DNA of 64,000 nt. Origin: an uncultured Candidatus Saccharibacteria bacterium. GTDB lineage: Bacteria; Patescibacteriota; Doudnabacteria; UBA920. Made by a program: the position numbers and the translations under genes. Below the pieces are notes generated by a model. The model was not told the origin of the DNA and did not search any database. It saw only the letters and a program-made list of their open reading frames with translations. This document shows, piece after piece, positions 55,487-64,000 of this stretch. The stretch's first letter is position 1. Each line of letters opens with the position of its first letter. The stretch spans positions 13,945 to 77,944 of the forward strand of contig CAZHIA010000002.1 in assembly GCA_964532425.1 (NCBI GenBank), written 5' to 3'.

Positions 55487-56569
55487 ATGAAGATTAAGAA
55501 TATCCAGATTAAGAATTTTCGCAATTACCCGAACCTTAACATTGATATCACCAGTGATGTGGTGGTGCTTTCCGGTCCGAATGCTGTGGGGAAAACCAAC
55601 CTACTTGAATCAATTTATTTTGCCTCGTTATTCAAATCATTCCGCGATGATACGGAATTTATCTTCTTGAAAGACTTTACGAGCGCTGAAATAAGAGTCA
55701 AGCTCGATAAAAAACAAGAAGATCATATTTTGGAGATCTTTTTGGAAAAACGCGACAAAATTTACGCCAATTTTGTGATTGATGGTGTTAAAATGAAGCG
55801 CCGTGAAGCACAGGGTTATGTGAGTGTGGTTATTTTTGACCCAACTGATGTTGATATGTTCAGTAAAACACCTGAAACCAGGCGTAAGTATTTAAACATG
55901 GTGCTGTCCCAAAAGGATTTGAAGTACCTTGAGAATATAACCCAGTATAAAAAAATCCTGTATCAGAAGAATAAACTGCTTGGTGATATGCGAGCTGGCC
56001 GTTCCACTGGTAGTGATTTGCAATCCTGGAACGAACAATTGGTAGCGGTTGGTAGCGAGATAGTGTTAAGCCGGCGCCAGTTCATCAACTACCTTAATAA
56101 CAATATTGCGGAAGTATACACTACTATTTCCGGCTTCCACCGTCCGGTGGAAGTGCAATATGAAAGTTACGAAGGTGAGACGGTTGCTGAAATTGCTGAA
56201 AATATGCAACATAAACTCGCCACTTATTCCGAAAAAGAACGGCTTATTGCCACTTGTTTGGTTGGGCCACACCGTGATGATTTCTTCCTAAAAAGCGATG
56301 GATTGTATTTGTCACCATTTTCTTCTCGTGGTGAACTGCGCAGTCAAGTGTTGGCTTTGAAGATTTTAGAGCTTGAATATCTCAGTCGTGGCGACGACAA
56401 ACCGATACTACTCTTGGATGATGTGTTGTCTGAATTGGATGAGACCCGTAGAACTTTCCTGCTCCGTTACCTGCAGGGAAAGTTTCAAACCTTTATTACG
56501 ACCACACACCCGCTTGAGATGCCAGCCCAGCATATTACACTGACGCCTGCCGTAGCTGAAGAAGAGTAA
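55487..56569 (+). CDS. recF: DNA replication/repair protein RecF
   Basis: Walker A GPNAVGKTNLLE; SMC-like signature LLLDDVLSELD. Confidence 0.9.
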   Translation: MKIKNIQIKNFRNYPNLNIDITSDVVVLSGPNAVGKTNLLESIYFASLFKSFRDDTEFIFLKDFTSAEIRVKLDKKQEDHILEIFLEKRDKIYANFVIDGVKMKRREAQGYVSVVIFDPTDVDMFSKTPETRRKYLNMVLSQKDLKYLENITQYKKILYQKNKLLGDMRAGRSTGSDLQSWNEQLVAVGSEIVLSRRQFINYLNNNIAEVYTTISGFHRPVEVQYESYEGETVAEIAENMQHKLATYSEKERLIATCLVGPHRDDFFLKSDGLYLSPFSSRGELRSQVLALKILELEYLSRGDDKPILLLDDVLSELDETRRTFLLRYLQGKFQTFITTTHPLEMPAQHITLTPAVAEEE

Positions 56570-56668
56570 ATATATCGAATCAACGAATTAACCGAATCTA
56601 CGAAGGGCTACAAATTCGAAATTTCATAGTTATTCGTTGATTCGTACCTTTCGCAGATTCGATATATT
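56570..56668. repeat. word-built palindrome (CGAAT words)
   Basis: atatatcgaatcaacgaattaaccgaatctacgaa ... ttcgttgattcgtacctttcgcagattcgatatatt. Confidence 0.6.
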
Positions 56669-56702
56669 ACGATACCTTTAAAATATTTACAAAAAAACAG
56701 AA

Positions 56703-57008
56703 ATGAAAAAGTTTTATGACTTCAATACGGTTGGGGACTTGATTCCCAAAATGCTGCAAGAACGGCATTTAGGGGAAATTGTAGAAGAACAACGGGTATT
56801 AAGGACTTGGGAGCGGGTGGCCCCTGGTTTTTTAACCGAATCAACTGAACAAACAAAAGCTATTGAATTCAAAAAGGGGAGACTGGTTATTGCTTGTTTA
56901 TCCGATGAATTGGCTCGAAAAATCATTGGACTTGTAGAACAGATTACCCAGGCAATCAATGAGGTGCTTGGTAAGAAAATGGTTTTTGTGATTCATGTAG
57001 AATACTAA
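56703..57008 (+). CDS. DUF721-domain protein (DciA-like position after recF)
   Basis: 101 aa; RVLRTWERVAPGFLTE pattern and conserved synteny. Confidence 0.55.
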   Translation: MKKFYDFNTVGDLIPKMLQERHLGEIVEEQRVLRTWERVAPGFLTESTEQTKAIEFKKGRLVIACLSDELARKIIGLVEQITQAINEVLGKKMVFVIHVEY

Positions 57009-57745
57009 TGTCTTATTTTCTCAGTCCAGAAAAAATTACCATCAACGGCCAATTGTCATTTTCCGGGGATGAAGCGGATCATATCCTGCTCTCACGGAGA
57101 CTGAAGACAGGGGAACGATTTTATCTGCAGGATCCGGCTGGACAGCGCTTTTTAGTCGAATTAGTCGCATCAGACAAAAAATCGCTCACTGTCAGGGCGC
57201 TCAAGCAAATACCAGTACCTCAGGAGTTACCGTATGTGTTAGTGTTATACCAGGCATTAGTTGCAGAAAAGGCGTGGGACTTTATCCTTCAGAAGGAAAC
57301 TGAGCTGGGTGTTTCTGAGATTGTTCTGTTTAACGCAAAAAATACCGCCACCAAGCTGCGTAAGGAGCAGTTCCAACAGAAGTTACCACGTTGGAACAAA
57401 ATCCTTTGGGAAGCGGCAAAACAGTGCGACCGGGCCAAAATTCCAACCCTGCAGTATGTCGAAAATCTGGAGGGTGTACTGGTACAAAGTGTGGAATGCG
57501 GCCAATTACTGGTCTTGGATTCTACAGGAACACGCTTGCATGCTGGTATGTATGATTCCCCGCTGTCTAAAATCGGTATTGTAGTCGGCCCGGAGGGAGG
57601 GTTTGCAGAAGATGAGGTTCAATCTCTCACTAAACAGAAAAATTCACGGTGTGTTTCGGTGGCACCGTTCGTGCTTCGAGCAGAGACTGCGGCTGTGGCC
57701 GGTATCGCCGCGGTGGAAAATATCATACCGCAGCACCGTGAATAA
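57008..57745 (+). CDS. rsmE: 16S rRNA (uracil1498-N3)-methyltransferase
   Basis: PUA-like N-terminus, SPOUT C-terminus with VVGPEGGFAEDEV. Confidence 0.75.
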   Translation: MSYFLSPEKITINGQLSFSGDEADHILLSRRLKTGERFYLQDPAGQRFLVELVASDKKSLTVRALKQIPVPQELPYVLVLYQALVAEKAWDFILQKETELGVSEIVLFNAKNTATKLRKEQFQQKLPRWNKILWEAAKQCDRAKIPTLQYVENLEGVLVQSVECGQLLVLDSTGTRLHAGMYDSPLSKIGIVVGPEGGFAEDEVQSLTKQKNSRCVSVAPFVLRAETAAVAGIAAVENIIPQHRE

Positions 57746-57861
57746 AATGAATTTTACAAACCCCCGCTCATATATGAGCGGGGGTTCTTTGTAACAGTTT
57801 TCTTGTTGAACTTCGTCAAAAAAATATAGAGTAGAAATATAAATTTGGCCGGAGAATAATT

Positions 57862-58758
57862 ATGGGAAAATTCTCAATTGTTAAAAAACTATTATTAGGT
57901 TTGGTGGCAGGGATGGTGTTTGTTTCAGTAAGTGGCGGATCTGTTCGTTATAATACACCCCACGCAGCCGCAAATAATTTTTCTGGAGCATATATTCTTC
58001 TTTCAGAGTATTATCGGCTCCCAGGACAATCATTTACGGTCTTTGGACACGGATTTCCCGTCCATGAAGTGGTTTCTGTAAGTTTTGCTGGAACAAACCA
58101 AAATGTAACCACATCGGGTTCGGGTGATTTTTCTACAAGTTTTACCGTCCCGTTCAGTGAAATTAATTCCACTGCAGCGGTTGTGGTACGCGGGGACTCT
58201 TCCGGAGCCCGTTCAGCGAACTTATCGGTGGGTAATTTCTACCCCAATGTGAGCCCGAATACATACAATGTGCTTCCTGGTGGGCAGGTGTTTTTTTCCG
58301 GAAACGGGTTTGCACCAAACGAGCCAGTAATCATTACCGGAGGGGATGGAATGAATGCGTCAACTACCGCGGACAGTGGTGGAAATATTGTAACCTCTCC
58401 CATTACCCTTCCATACCAGGGAGGTAAACAAGTGTTTGTCTTTACTGGCCAGTTGAGTCGGGTGGTAACTCGTGTTGAAATAGATGTCAGAGATTTACAT
58501 CCTTGGATAGATCTCGCCCCGTATTATAGTGTCGCGGGTGCCACTCTCACCGTACAAGGCCATGGGTTTGGGGCCAGTGAGCCGGTGGTGGTAATGTTTG
58601 AAGGAGTGGTCAAGAATACGTATACGACAAACAACACAGGAGATTTTACCGGTTCATTTGTCGTGCCATCTGGAAGTCCGGGATTCAAAACAATCAGCGC
58701 CAGTGGAGCCTCAACTCATACCGGTGCCACCCAGCAGTTTACTCAGGCAGTGAAATGA
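57862..58758 (+). CDS. secreted protein with three tandem ~90-aa Ig-like repeats
   Basis: Signal anchor; repeated pattern GHGF..E.V.V.F.G....T...GDF(T/S).SF.VP three times. Confidence 0.5.
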   Translation: MGKFSIVKKLLLGLVAGMVFVSVSGGSVRYNTPHAAANNFSGAYILLSEYYRLPGQSFTVFGHGFPVHEVVSVSFAGTNQNVTTSGSGDFSTSFTVPFSEINSTAAVVVRGDSSGARSANLSVGNFYPNVSPNTYNVLPGGQVFFSGNGFAPNEPVIITGGDGMNASTTADSGGNIVTSPITLPYQGGKQVFVFTGQLSRVVTRVEIDVRDLHPWIDLAPYYSVAGATLTVQGHGFGASEPVVVMFEGVVKNTYTTNNTGDFTGSFVVPSGSPGFKTISASGASTHTGATQQFTQAVK

Positions 58759-58759
58759 T

Positions 58760-58787
58760 AAAAAAACCCGCTTCGGCGGGTTTTTTA
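58760..58787. terminator. bidirectional intrinsic terminator
   Basis: aaaaaaa cccgc ttcg gcggg tttttt. Confidence 0.75.
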
Positions 58788-58800
58788 AGGCTTTGGTTTA

Positions 58801-59229
58801 TTAGGAGCTGCTTTTGACTTTTTTGACTAATTCGCTTGAACTTTGAATTTTGCCGCTGTGTCCAATATTGAATTCCATTTTGATACCCAAGCGGTTACAT
58901 AGTTCATACTCGGGAATATTGTCCGCTTTGCGGTCCCCACCGTTGGCGAAAATATCAGGTTTCAGCTTTTCCAATTCCGCACACACTGACATGTCTGAAG
59001 TGTTTTCCGGGTGGTTGGTGATGATGACTTCGTCAACGTACCGGATTGCCGAAACAATAATAGCCCGTTCGTTTTCACCCATGAATACAAACCCTTTTTT
59101 CTTTCGGAGCCAATTATCGTTATTCATGATTACAATAAGGCGATCACCAAGAGCTTTGGCTTCCTTCATCATCTCGACATGGCCGATGTGGATTGGATCA
59201 AACCCTCCAGAAACAGCGACAGTAGTCAT
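58801..59229 (-). CDS. cytidylyltransferase-like nucleotidyltransferase (RfaE domain II/TagD-like)
   Basis: VSGGFDPIHIGHVEM (H/T)IGH motif; 142 aa. Confidence 0.6.
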   Translation of the reverse strand: MTTVAVSGGFDPIHIGHVEMMKEAKALGDRLIVIMNNDNWLRKKKGFVFMGENERAIIVSAIRYVDEVIITNHPENTSDMSVCAELEKLKPDIFANGGDRKADNIPEYELCNRLGIKMEFNIGHSGKIQSSSELVKKVKSSS

Positions 59230-59240
59230 AAAGATATAAG

Positions 59241-59807
59241 TTATTGGTGCGTTAAGTGTGTTGGGTTACTTAAGTTTCCTTCCTTGGCAAAATTGGAATT
59301 CTTTTCATACAGATCAAGCACTTGCTTTTCGATCCTGCCCGGGTGGGGAACGTTCTCGAATTCAAACCGTTCCTGGGTACCCGCAGTCTGGATATAGACG
59401 TTTCCATAGTCAAACAAGGTCCCAAAAATACCAGTGGTTTCACTGGTGACATCTTCGATCTTGTCGATATGGAGCTCAGAGATGGTGTGGGAAAATAACC
59501 CAACCTGGTAAATATCAACGACGCGTAGGCTGGTAATGATCTGAATATTGAGGTAGTACATGATCCAGATAAGGAACACGCTCAACATGAGGCACATGGT
59601 GTACAACTGGGTGCATAAAGTGGTGACAACACCGATTTGGCCATCGAACAATCCCGGCAGGTTTACCGGGGCTTTCCATTCAAAAACCACTAACGCCACG
59701 GCAAAGACCGCCCAAATTAACAATTTGAGCATCAGGCGAATCCAGTGTTCGCGGACTACCAGATAGATTTCCTCCTCGTCTAGCTGGCTGGGGAATAGTT
59801 TGCGCAT
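59241..59807 (-). CDS. membrane protein with bacterial PH-like domain (YdbS/YdbT-like)
   Basis: Two TM helices followed by ~100-aa soluble domain; family assignment tentative. Confidence 0.45.
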   Translation of the reverse strand: MRKLFPSQLDEEEIYLVVREHWIRLMLKLLIWAVFAVALVVFEWKAPVNLPGLFDGQIGVVTTLCTQLYTMCLMLSVFLIWIMYYLNIQIITSLRVVDIYQVGLFSHTISELHIDKIEDVTSETTGIFGTLFDYGNVYIQTAGTQERFEFENVPHPGRIEKQVLDLYEKNSNFAKEGNLSNPTHLTHQ

Positions 59808-59813
59808 ATAAAA

Positions 59814-60026
59814 TTAGGAACCAATAGTATGTAGCGTAATATACGACTGCTGAAGCAGTCCCAAAAAAATAATCCCATAGAACACTGCCACCACCAAACT
59901 TACCATGGGGCTTCTCCCATAGCGGAGCAAAATGTACACGGCGAACAAGGAGAAAAATGTTAGTATCCCTGTAATGGCATAATAAATGCCGGCGATGATG
60001 AGTATGGCTGGGTTGGAATAGTCCAT
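59814..60026 (-). CDS. small membrane protein
   Basis: 70 aa, two TM helices; 6-nt gap to downstream gene. Confidence 0.4.
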   Translation of the reverse strand: MDYSNPAILIIAGIYYAITGILTFFSLFAVYILLRYGRSPMVSLVVAVFYGIIFLGLLQQSYITLHTIGS

Positions 60027-60030
60027 AGGT

Positions 60031-60127
60031 TAATTGACAAAATTGATATAATTGACAAAAATGAGCAAAAATTTGGGCCCATTAATTTTGTCAATTTTGT
60101 TCAATTTTTTAAATTTTGTTCAATTAC
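60031..60127. repeat. TTGACAAAA-family inverted-repeat element, copy C
   Basis: taattgacaaaattgatataattgacaaaaatgagcaaaaattt ggg ccc attaattttgtcaattttgttcaattttttaaattttgttcaattac; right arm near-identical to copy B right arm. Confidence 0.7.
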
Positions 60128-61179
60128 AAAAGTGTTTTTTGTTTTCCCGGGTACTCTTTCCCTAAATGCTGGTAGGCTAGTTCAGTGGCTTCCCGTCCTT
60201 TGGGGGTGCGGGAAATAAAGCCGAGGCGGATAAGAAACGGCTCTAGGACATCTGTGATGGTGTCTTCTTCTTCACCGGTGGCAGCCGCTAGGGTATTGAG
60301 TCCGACCGGGCCACCTTTGAATTTATCGATGAGGGTTTCGAGAATACGACGGTCGTTTTTATCAAGTCCTAACGGATCGACTCCAAGCAGGTTGAGAGCC
60401 TCTCGGGCGGTATCTGCTTCAATTGTATCATGGCCATTCACTTGGGCAAAATCACGGACGCGTTTTAGTAGCCGGTTGGCGATGCGAGGGGTGAACCTGC
60501 TGCGGCGGGCTAGCTCGCGACTGGCCTCTTCCGTAATTTTGGCCCGTAAAATTGCACTGCTTCTGGTAATGATCTTAGTCAGGTCGTCTTCTGTATAGTA
60601 TTCCAGGCGGTACAGCGCGCCAAAACGATCGCGGAGCGGAGAGGATATTAATCCAACGCGGGTAGTGGCGCCGATAAGGGTGAACTTTGGCAGTTCCATG
60701 CGAATAGAGCGGGCTCCTGGGCCTTTGCCAAGCACAATATCAAGAACATAATCCTCCATGGCAGGATAGAGGACCTCTTCAACTACCTTGTTGAGCCGGT
60801 GAATCTCGTCAATAAAGAGTACGTCTCCTTCGCTGAGGTTGGTAAGCAGGGAAGCCAGGTCGCCGGCCCGCTCGATAGCTGGGCCTGAGGTGACTTTGAT
60901 GTTGACACCCATCTCACGGGAAATAATGAAAGCCAATGTGGTTTTACCGAGTCCTGGTGGCCCGTACAGCAGGAGGTGCTCCAGGTATTCATTGCGTTGT
61001 TTGGCGGCTTGAATGAGAATATTCAAGTTTTGCTTTATCTCGTCCTGGCCGACATATTCAGATAGCGTTGCGGGCCGGAGGTTTTGGTCGAAAATCCGGT
61101 CTTCAGCACTGCTTGCTGAGGCGTCGACCGGGGAAAGCTCTTCGCTGTTATTTTCTTGTGGGGTGGTGGATTTGATCAT
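60124..61179 (-). CDS. ruvB: Holliday junction branch migration DNA helicase RuvB
   Basis: Walker [15 protein letters not shown], Walker [10 protein letters not shown], sensor motifs. Confidence 0.9.
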   Translation of the reverse strand: MIKSTTPQENNSEELSPVDASASSAEDRIFDQNLRPATLSEYVGQDEIKQNLNILIQAAKQRNEYLEHLLLYGPPGLGKTTLAFIISREMGVNIKVTSGPAIERAGDLASLLTNLSEGDVLFIDEIHRLNKVVEEVLYPAMEDYVLDIVLGKGPGARSIRMELPKFTLIGATTRVGLISSPLRDRFGALYRLEYYTEDDLTKIITRSSAILRAKITEEASRELARRSRFTPRIANRLLKRVRDFAQVNGHDTIEADTAREALNLLGVDPLGLDKNDRRILETLIDKFKGGPVGLNTLAAATGEEEDTITDVLEPFLIRLGFISRTPKGREATELAYQHLGKEYPGKQKTLL

Positions 61180-61285
61180 AATCTACAGAACTACGGATAA
61201 TGCGAATCTACGGATAACTACGGAAAAATGGCTCCTTCTGTAGTTTTTTGTAGCGGACCCTTTCCGTAGTTTGTGTAGTTGTATT
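61180..61285. repeat. word-built palindrome (CTACGGA/TCCGTAG words)
   Basis: atctacagaactacggataatgcgaatctacggataactacggaaaaatgg ... ctgtagttttttgtagcggaccctttccgtagtttgtgtag. Confidence 0.55.
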
Positions 61286-61355
61286 TTACTATATTCCAGT
61301 AATTGACGCGAGGGAAAAACAGCCGTAAGATAAGGTTAAATCAAGTAATTATTTT

Positions 61356-62870
61356 ATGAAAAAATATCACTACCTCATCTTTACCTTGCTTTTTTTAGCC
61401 GCGGGATGCAGCAGGCACGCTCAAGTGCCATCGAGTGGTACCGGGAGCCAAGTTACTCCTACTTCTACCTCATCAACCACCCAAGACATTGTTGGTTGGA
61501 AGTCGTACAACAACACTGTTTATGGATTTGAATTTAAATATCCCTCCACATGGGAAGTCCAGAATAGTAGTGAGACTGGGATTAATGTAGTTGATCCGCA
61601 GCATCGCGATACAGAGTTGGTTTCGGTCTCTGTAACCGGAGCTGATCCTGAAAATTCTTTGCGGGCGCAGAATCAGATTACCAGCAGTACAACAATCCAA
61701 ATACAAGGGGAAACAGCTAAAAAATTCAGCGGTGAAAGCGCGGTGAGTGGACGACAAGCGGTCTTCGTGGCCATTCCCCATAATGGCATGTACTACACTA
61801 TTGTTGCCCCTTCTGATACGGCCAGTCAATTTATATCGAGTTTTTCCTTCATTCCCGCAGTGAGCCAGGCTGGTTGGGTATATGAGAACCGGTATGTGAA
61901 AGTCATGATCCCTACCGGGTGGGCAGCGAAAGAGGCGAGTCAGGTGATCGATTATAATAACTGTGCCACCAAACAGAACTGTTCCCCTTCGATAAAAACC
62001 GGGCCGAACCCAGCCGCAGTGAATATCACCAAAGGGAAATATATTCTCTACGTCAATACCCGCGCGAGCCAGGCGAGCGGGGTAGAGGGTGGGAGATTTG
62101 AGGAGTTTGCAGGCGGGGCGCCGAGCGTGGATGCATTAATTGTCGATCATCCAGGTGGTCCATGTGGTACGCCGACAACCGCCACGGTCACCGTGAACGG
62201 TCAAACTATGAATCGGGTGGATTACTATATTTCCTCCGATGAGCAGAATGGGACTTGCCGAAAGATAGCCTCCAAAAAGCCGGTGTGGTATTTCTCTGTG
62301 GTTGGCGGAGGTATAAACTATTACAATATCCCACATCTTACCGGACCAGACGGTTGGGTAGTGACCATGGCGTATGATAGTAAGGATCCTAAATCCTTTC
62401 CGGCACAAAATGACCCCAGCCTTGAGACTGCTTTATCGGAAATGTCTGGGATCTTAAAAACTCTGACCATCAAAGCTCCAACCCCTTACATTCCCGACGT
62501 GTCTCAATCAATGAGTGATTTGAAGAATACGTATTGGTCAGAAGGGTTTTATGAGGGGTTGAACTCGCCGATTGTGAATTGCACGGAGAGTCTTGTTATC
62601 AAGAAAGATAAGGTGCATGCAACCTTTTACATGGAAACGTCCAGTTCAGACGGAAAGGCTGCCTATTCCCCATCAGAGCTGAGTAACCGCATTGAAGCTC
62701 TTCAAAATATCTTAAGCTCCCATGGCTGGTCAAAATGCAACAGTGCGGTGCCGAATGGGATTAGTATGACTGATGTATATAAAAAAGGGAATGAGCTGGT
62801 AAATCTCAATAAACCGATTAATCCCAGCGCTTTCCCTGGCGTTGATCTCTATTTCTTTCAGCTCGAGTAA
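61356..62870 (+). CDS. hypothetical lipoprotein
   Basis: Lipobox LFLAAGC at residues 13-19; 504 aa; Ser/Thr-rich linker. Confidence 0.55.
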   Translation: MKKYHYLIFTLLFLAAGCSRHAQVPSSGTGSQVTPTSTSSTTQDIVGWKSYNNTVYGFEFKYPSTWEVQNSSETGINVVDPQHRDTELVSVSVTGADPENSLRAQNQITSSTTIQIQGETAKKFSGESAVSGRQAVFVAIPHNGMYYTIVAPSDTASQFISSFSFIPAVSQAGWVYENRYVKVMIPTGWAAKEASQVIDYNNCATKQNCSPSIKTGPNPAAVNITKGKYILYVNTRASQASGVEGGRFEEFAGGAPSVDALIVDHPGGPCGTPTTATVTVNGQTMNRVDYYISSDEQNGTCRKIASKKPVWYFSVVGGGINYYNIPHLTGPDGWVVTMAYDSKDPKSFPAQNDPSLETALSEMSGILKTLTIKAPTPYIPDVSQSMSDLKNTYWSEGFYEGLNSPIVNCTESLVIKKDKVHATFYMETSSSDGKAAYSPSELSNRIEALQNILSSHGWSKCNSAVPNGISMTDVYKKGNELVNLNKPINPSAFPGVDLYFFQLE

Positions 62871-62888
62871 TTGGGGAGATGGTTTAAA

Positions 62889-62916
62889 AACCCGAGAACA
62901 AGTCTCGGGTTTTTAT
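62889..62916. terminator. bidirectional intrinsic terminator
   Basis: aaaaa cccgaga acaag tctcggg ttttt. Confidence 0.7.
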
Positions 62917-62925
62917 TATGCAGCT

Positions 62926-64000
62926 TTAGTTTGCTTTGATGGTTTGAGTGTTGGTTTGAGGTGTCGCTGTGGGTGGGGTAGTGGGGTTTGAAGTTTGTGT
63001 TGCGGCGGCTTGAGTGGAGGAAGCGAAACCTTCTTCCTTGTGGAAGAGTGCTGGTGGCAGGTAAACGGAGTTGAATGTCGAAGTTGCGGCAGTTCCATCT
63101 TTAATTACCACCCTGGTCCAACTGGCTTTCATGGAGCCGTCGGCCTTGCGATCCCATTGTTTGGGTTTTTCCAAATTGACCTGGCGGCTATCTTTGGTTC
63201 CGTAGAAATCAAAAACCAGTGTGTTGGTGTCTTTAAGATATGGCCAGACCAGAATGGAGCCGGGTGTGTCGTTAACAAATTTTAAATCAACCACTCCTGG
63301 GTAGATGGTCGCATCTGTTCCTTGGGGTGCATAGTAGGAAACAGCATAAGCATGGTTGCGACGCTGGGTAATAGGGAGGCCGGCCTGCATGGCTGCCCGG
63401 AACGTAGTCGAAGAGACCTGGCATAATCCACCGCCAAATTCCGGAACTGTTCCGGATTTTTTTATGACCAGTTCCGGCAGGAAGTCATGTTCTCCATCAA
63501 CTGGACCGAGATATTTATTGAAACTAAATTCCTGTCCTGGAGCAATAATAACACCGGTCATTTTTTGCACTCCGACTTTAATATTGTGCCTGCGGTTGCT
63601 GGGACTGCCTTTAAAGTTTGATTCGCCGCGCGCAATGAGTTCCGTAATGCCGAGATTGTTGGTGTCCGCGAGCAAGGTATGCGGGGTAGATGTATTCACG
63701 GAAAGCGGGCTTGAAGTGGCTCCTGCATCCAAGGCGGCCAATGCCTGGAAAGTGGAAGTGTATGCGTCCACCATCATCCCGTCCTGGGGAGGAGCAAACG
63801 AAGCGGCGCGACCATCTTCAATCACGAGGCGAGGTTCTATCGCTGGTACATCAATTTGATTGGCGAGGCCTCGAATAAACGAGTAGACCAAGGCTGGCTG
63901 GTAGCGGTAAGTTTGGCCTGTTTGGCTGCTTGTGTTGACAGGGCTGCCTAAGTACTGGCTGAGCAGGTTCTGGGGTGAAAATTCCAGCGAAGCAACAAGG
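62926..64000 (-). CDS. VanW-domain protein (partial; N-terminus beyond window end)
   Basis: GQEFSFNKYLGP...GGGLCQVSSTTFRAAMQAGLPITQRRNHAY VanW signature; Thr/Pro-rich C-terminal tail. Confidence 0.65.
   Translation of the reverse strand, partial: LVASLEFSPQNLLSQYLGSPVNTSSQTGQTYRYQPALVYSFIRGLANQIDVPAIEPRLVIEDGRAASFAPPQDGMMVDAYTSTFQALAALDAGATSSPLSVNTSTPHTLLADTNNLGITELIARGESNFKGSPSNRRHNIKVGVQKMTGVIIAPGQEFSFNKYLGPVDGEHDFLPELVIKKSGTVPEFGGGLCQVSSTTFRAAMQAGLPITQRRNHAYAVSYYAPQGTDATIYPGVVDLKFVNDTPGSILVWPYLKDTNTLVFDFYGTKDSRQVNLEKPKQWDRKADGSMKASWTRVVIKDGTAATSTFNSVYLPPALFHKEEGFASSTQAAATQTSNPTTPPTATPQTNTQTIKAN

Noticed and set aside
63356-63859. 167-aa plus-strand ORF near the window end
   Set aside because: Antisense to the VanW-domain gene, which has clear family motifs.

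Overview
This is a 64-kb chromosomal window from a small-genome bacterium. By inference the gene content looks CPR/Patescibacteria-like: a short IF-2, type IV pilin, LamG and TrmB proteins, many small membrane proteins, and frequent weak or absent Shine-Dalgarno sites.

The window contains the replication-origin neighbourhood. On the minus strand run rpmH-rnpA-yidD-yidC-jag, diverging from dnaA-dnaN-recF-DUF721-rsmE on the plus strand. DnaA boxes and an AT-rich DUE lie in the dnaA-dnaN spacer.

Housekeeping genes include infB-rbfA-nrnA, rpsA, gyrA, tyrS, PBP1A, rsmI-yebC-ruvC, ruvB and peroxiredoxin. There are seven tRNAs, including a tRNA with a UAU anticodon (likely Ile).

Accessory content:
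- A ~9.7-kb transcription unit: an excisionase-type HTH gene translationally coupled to a 2138-aa membrane-anchored, phage-tail-fibre-like protein. The giant protein has G-I-G-T-T-T-P fibre repeats, a CBM-like module, Hep_Hag-like repeats and a C-terminal Peptidase_S74-like self-cleaving chaperone domain. It is followed by a four-helix-bundle (4HB) gene and a secreted triple-LamG protein.
- A second 4HB gene sits in a 445-bp cassette with perfect 21-bp terminal inverted repeats, inserted between rsmI and yebC.
- An unknown 259-aa gene is bracketed by inverted copies of a 38-bp perfect palindrome.
- A degenerate tRNA-Gly/Phe/Val region is littered with tRNA 3'-fragment repeats in alternating orientation.
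- A family of 'word-built' AT-rich intergenic palindromes (TTGACAAAA, CGAAT, TACGAA, TAGGAT words and others) recurs throughout.

All calls rest on reading the sequence and remembered family motifs. No database searches were run.
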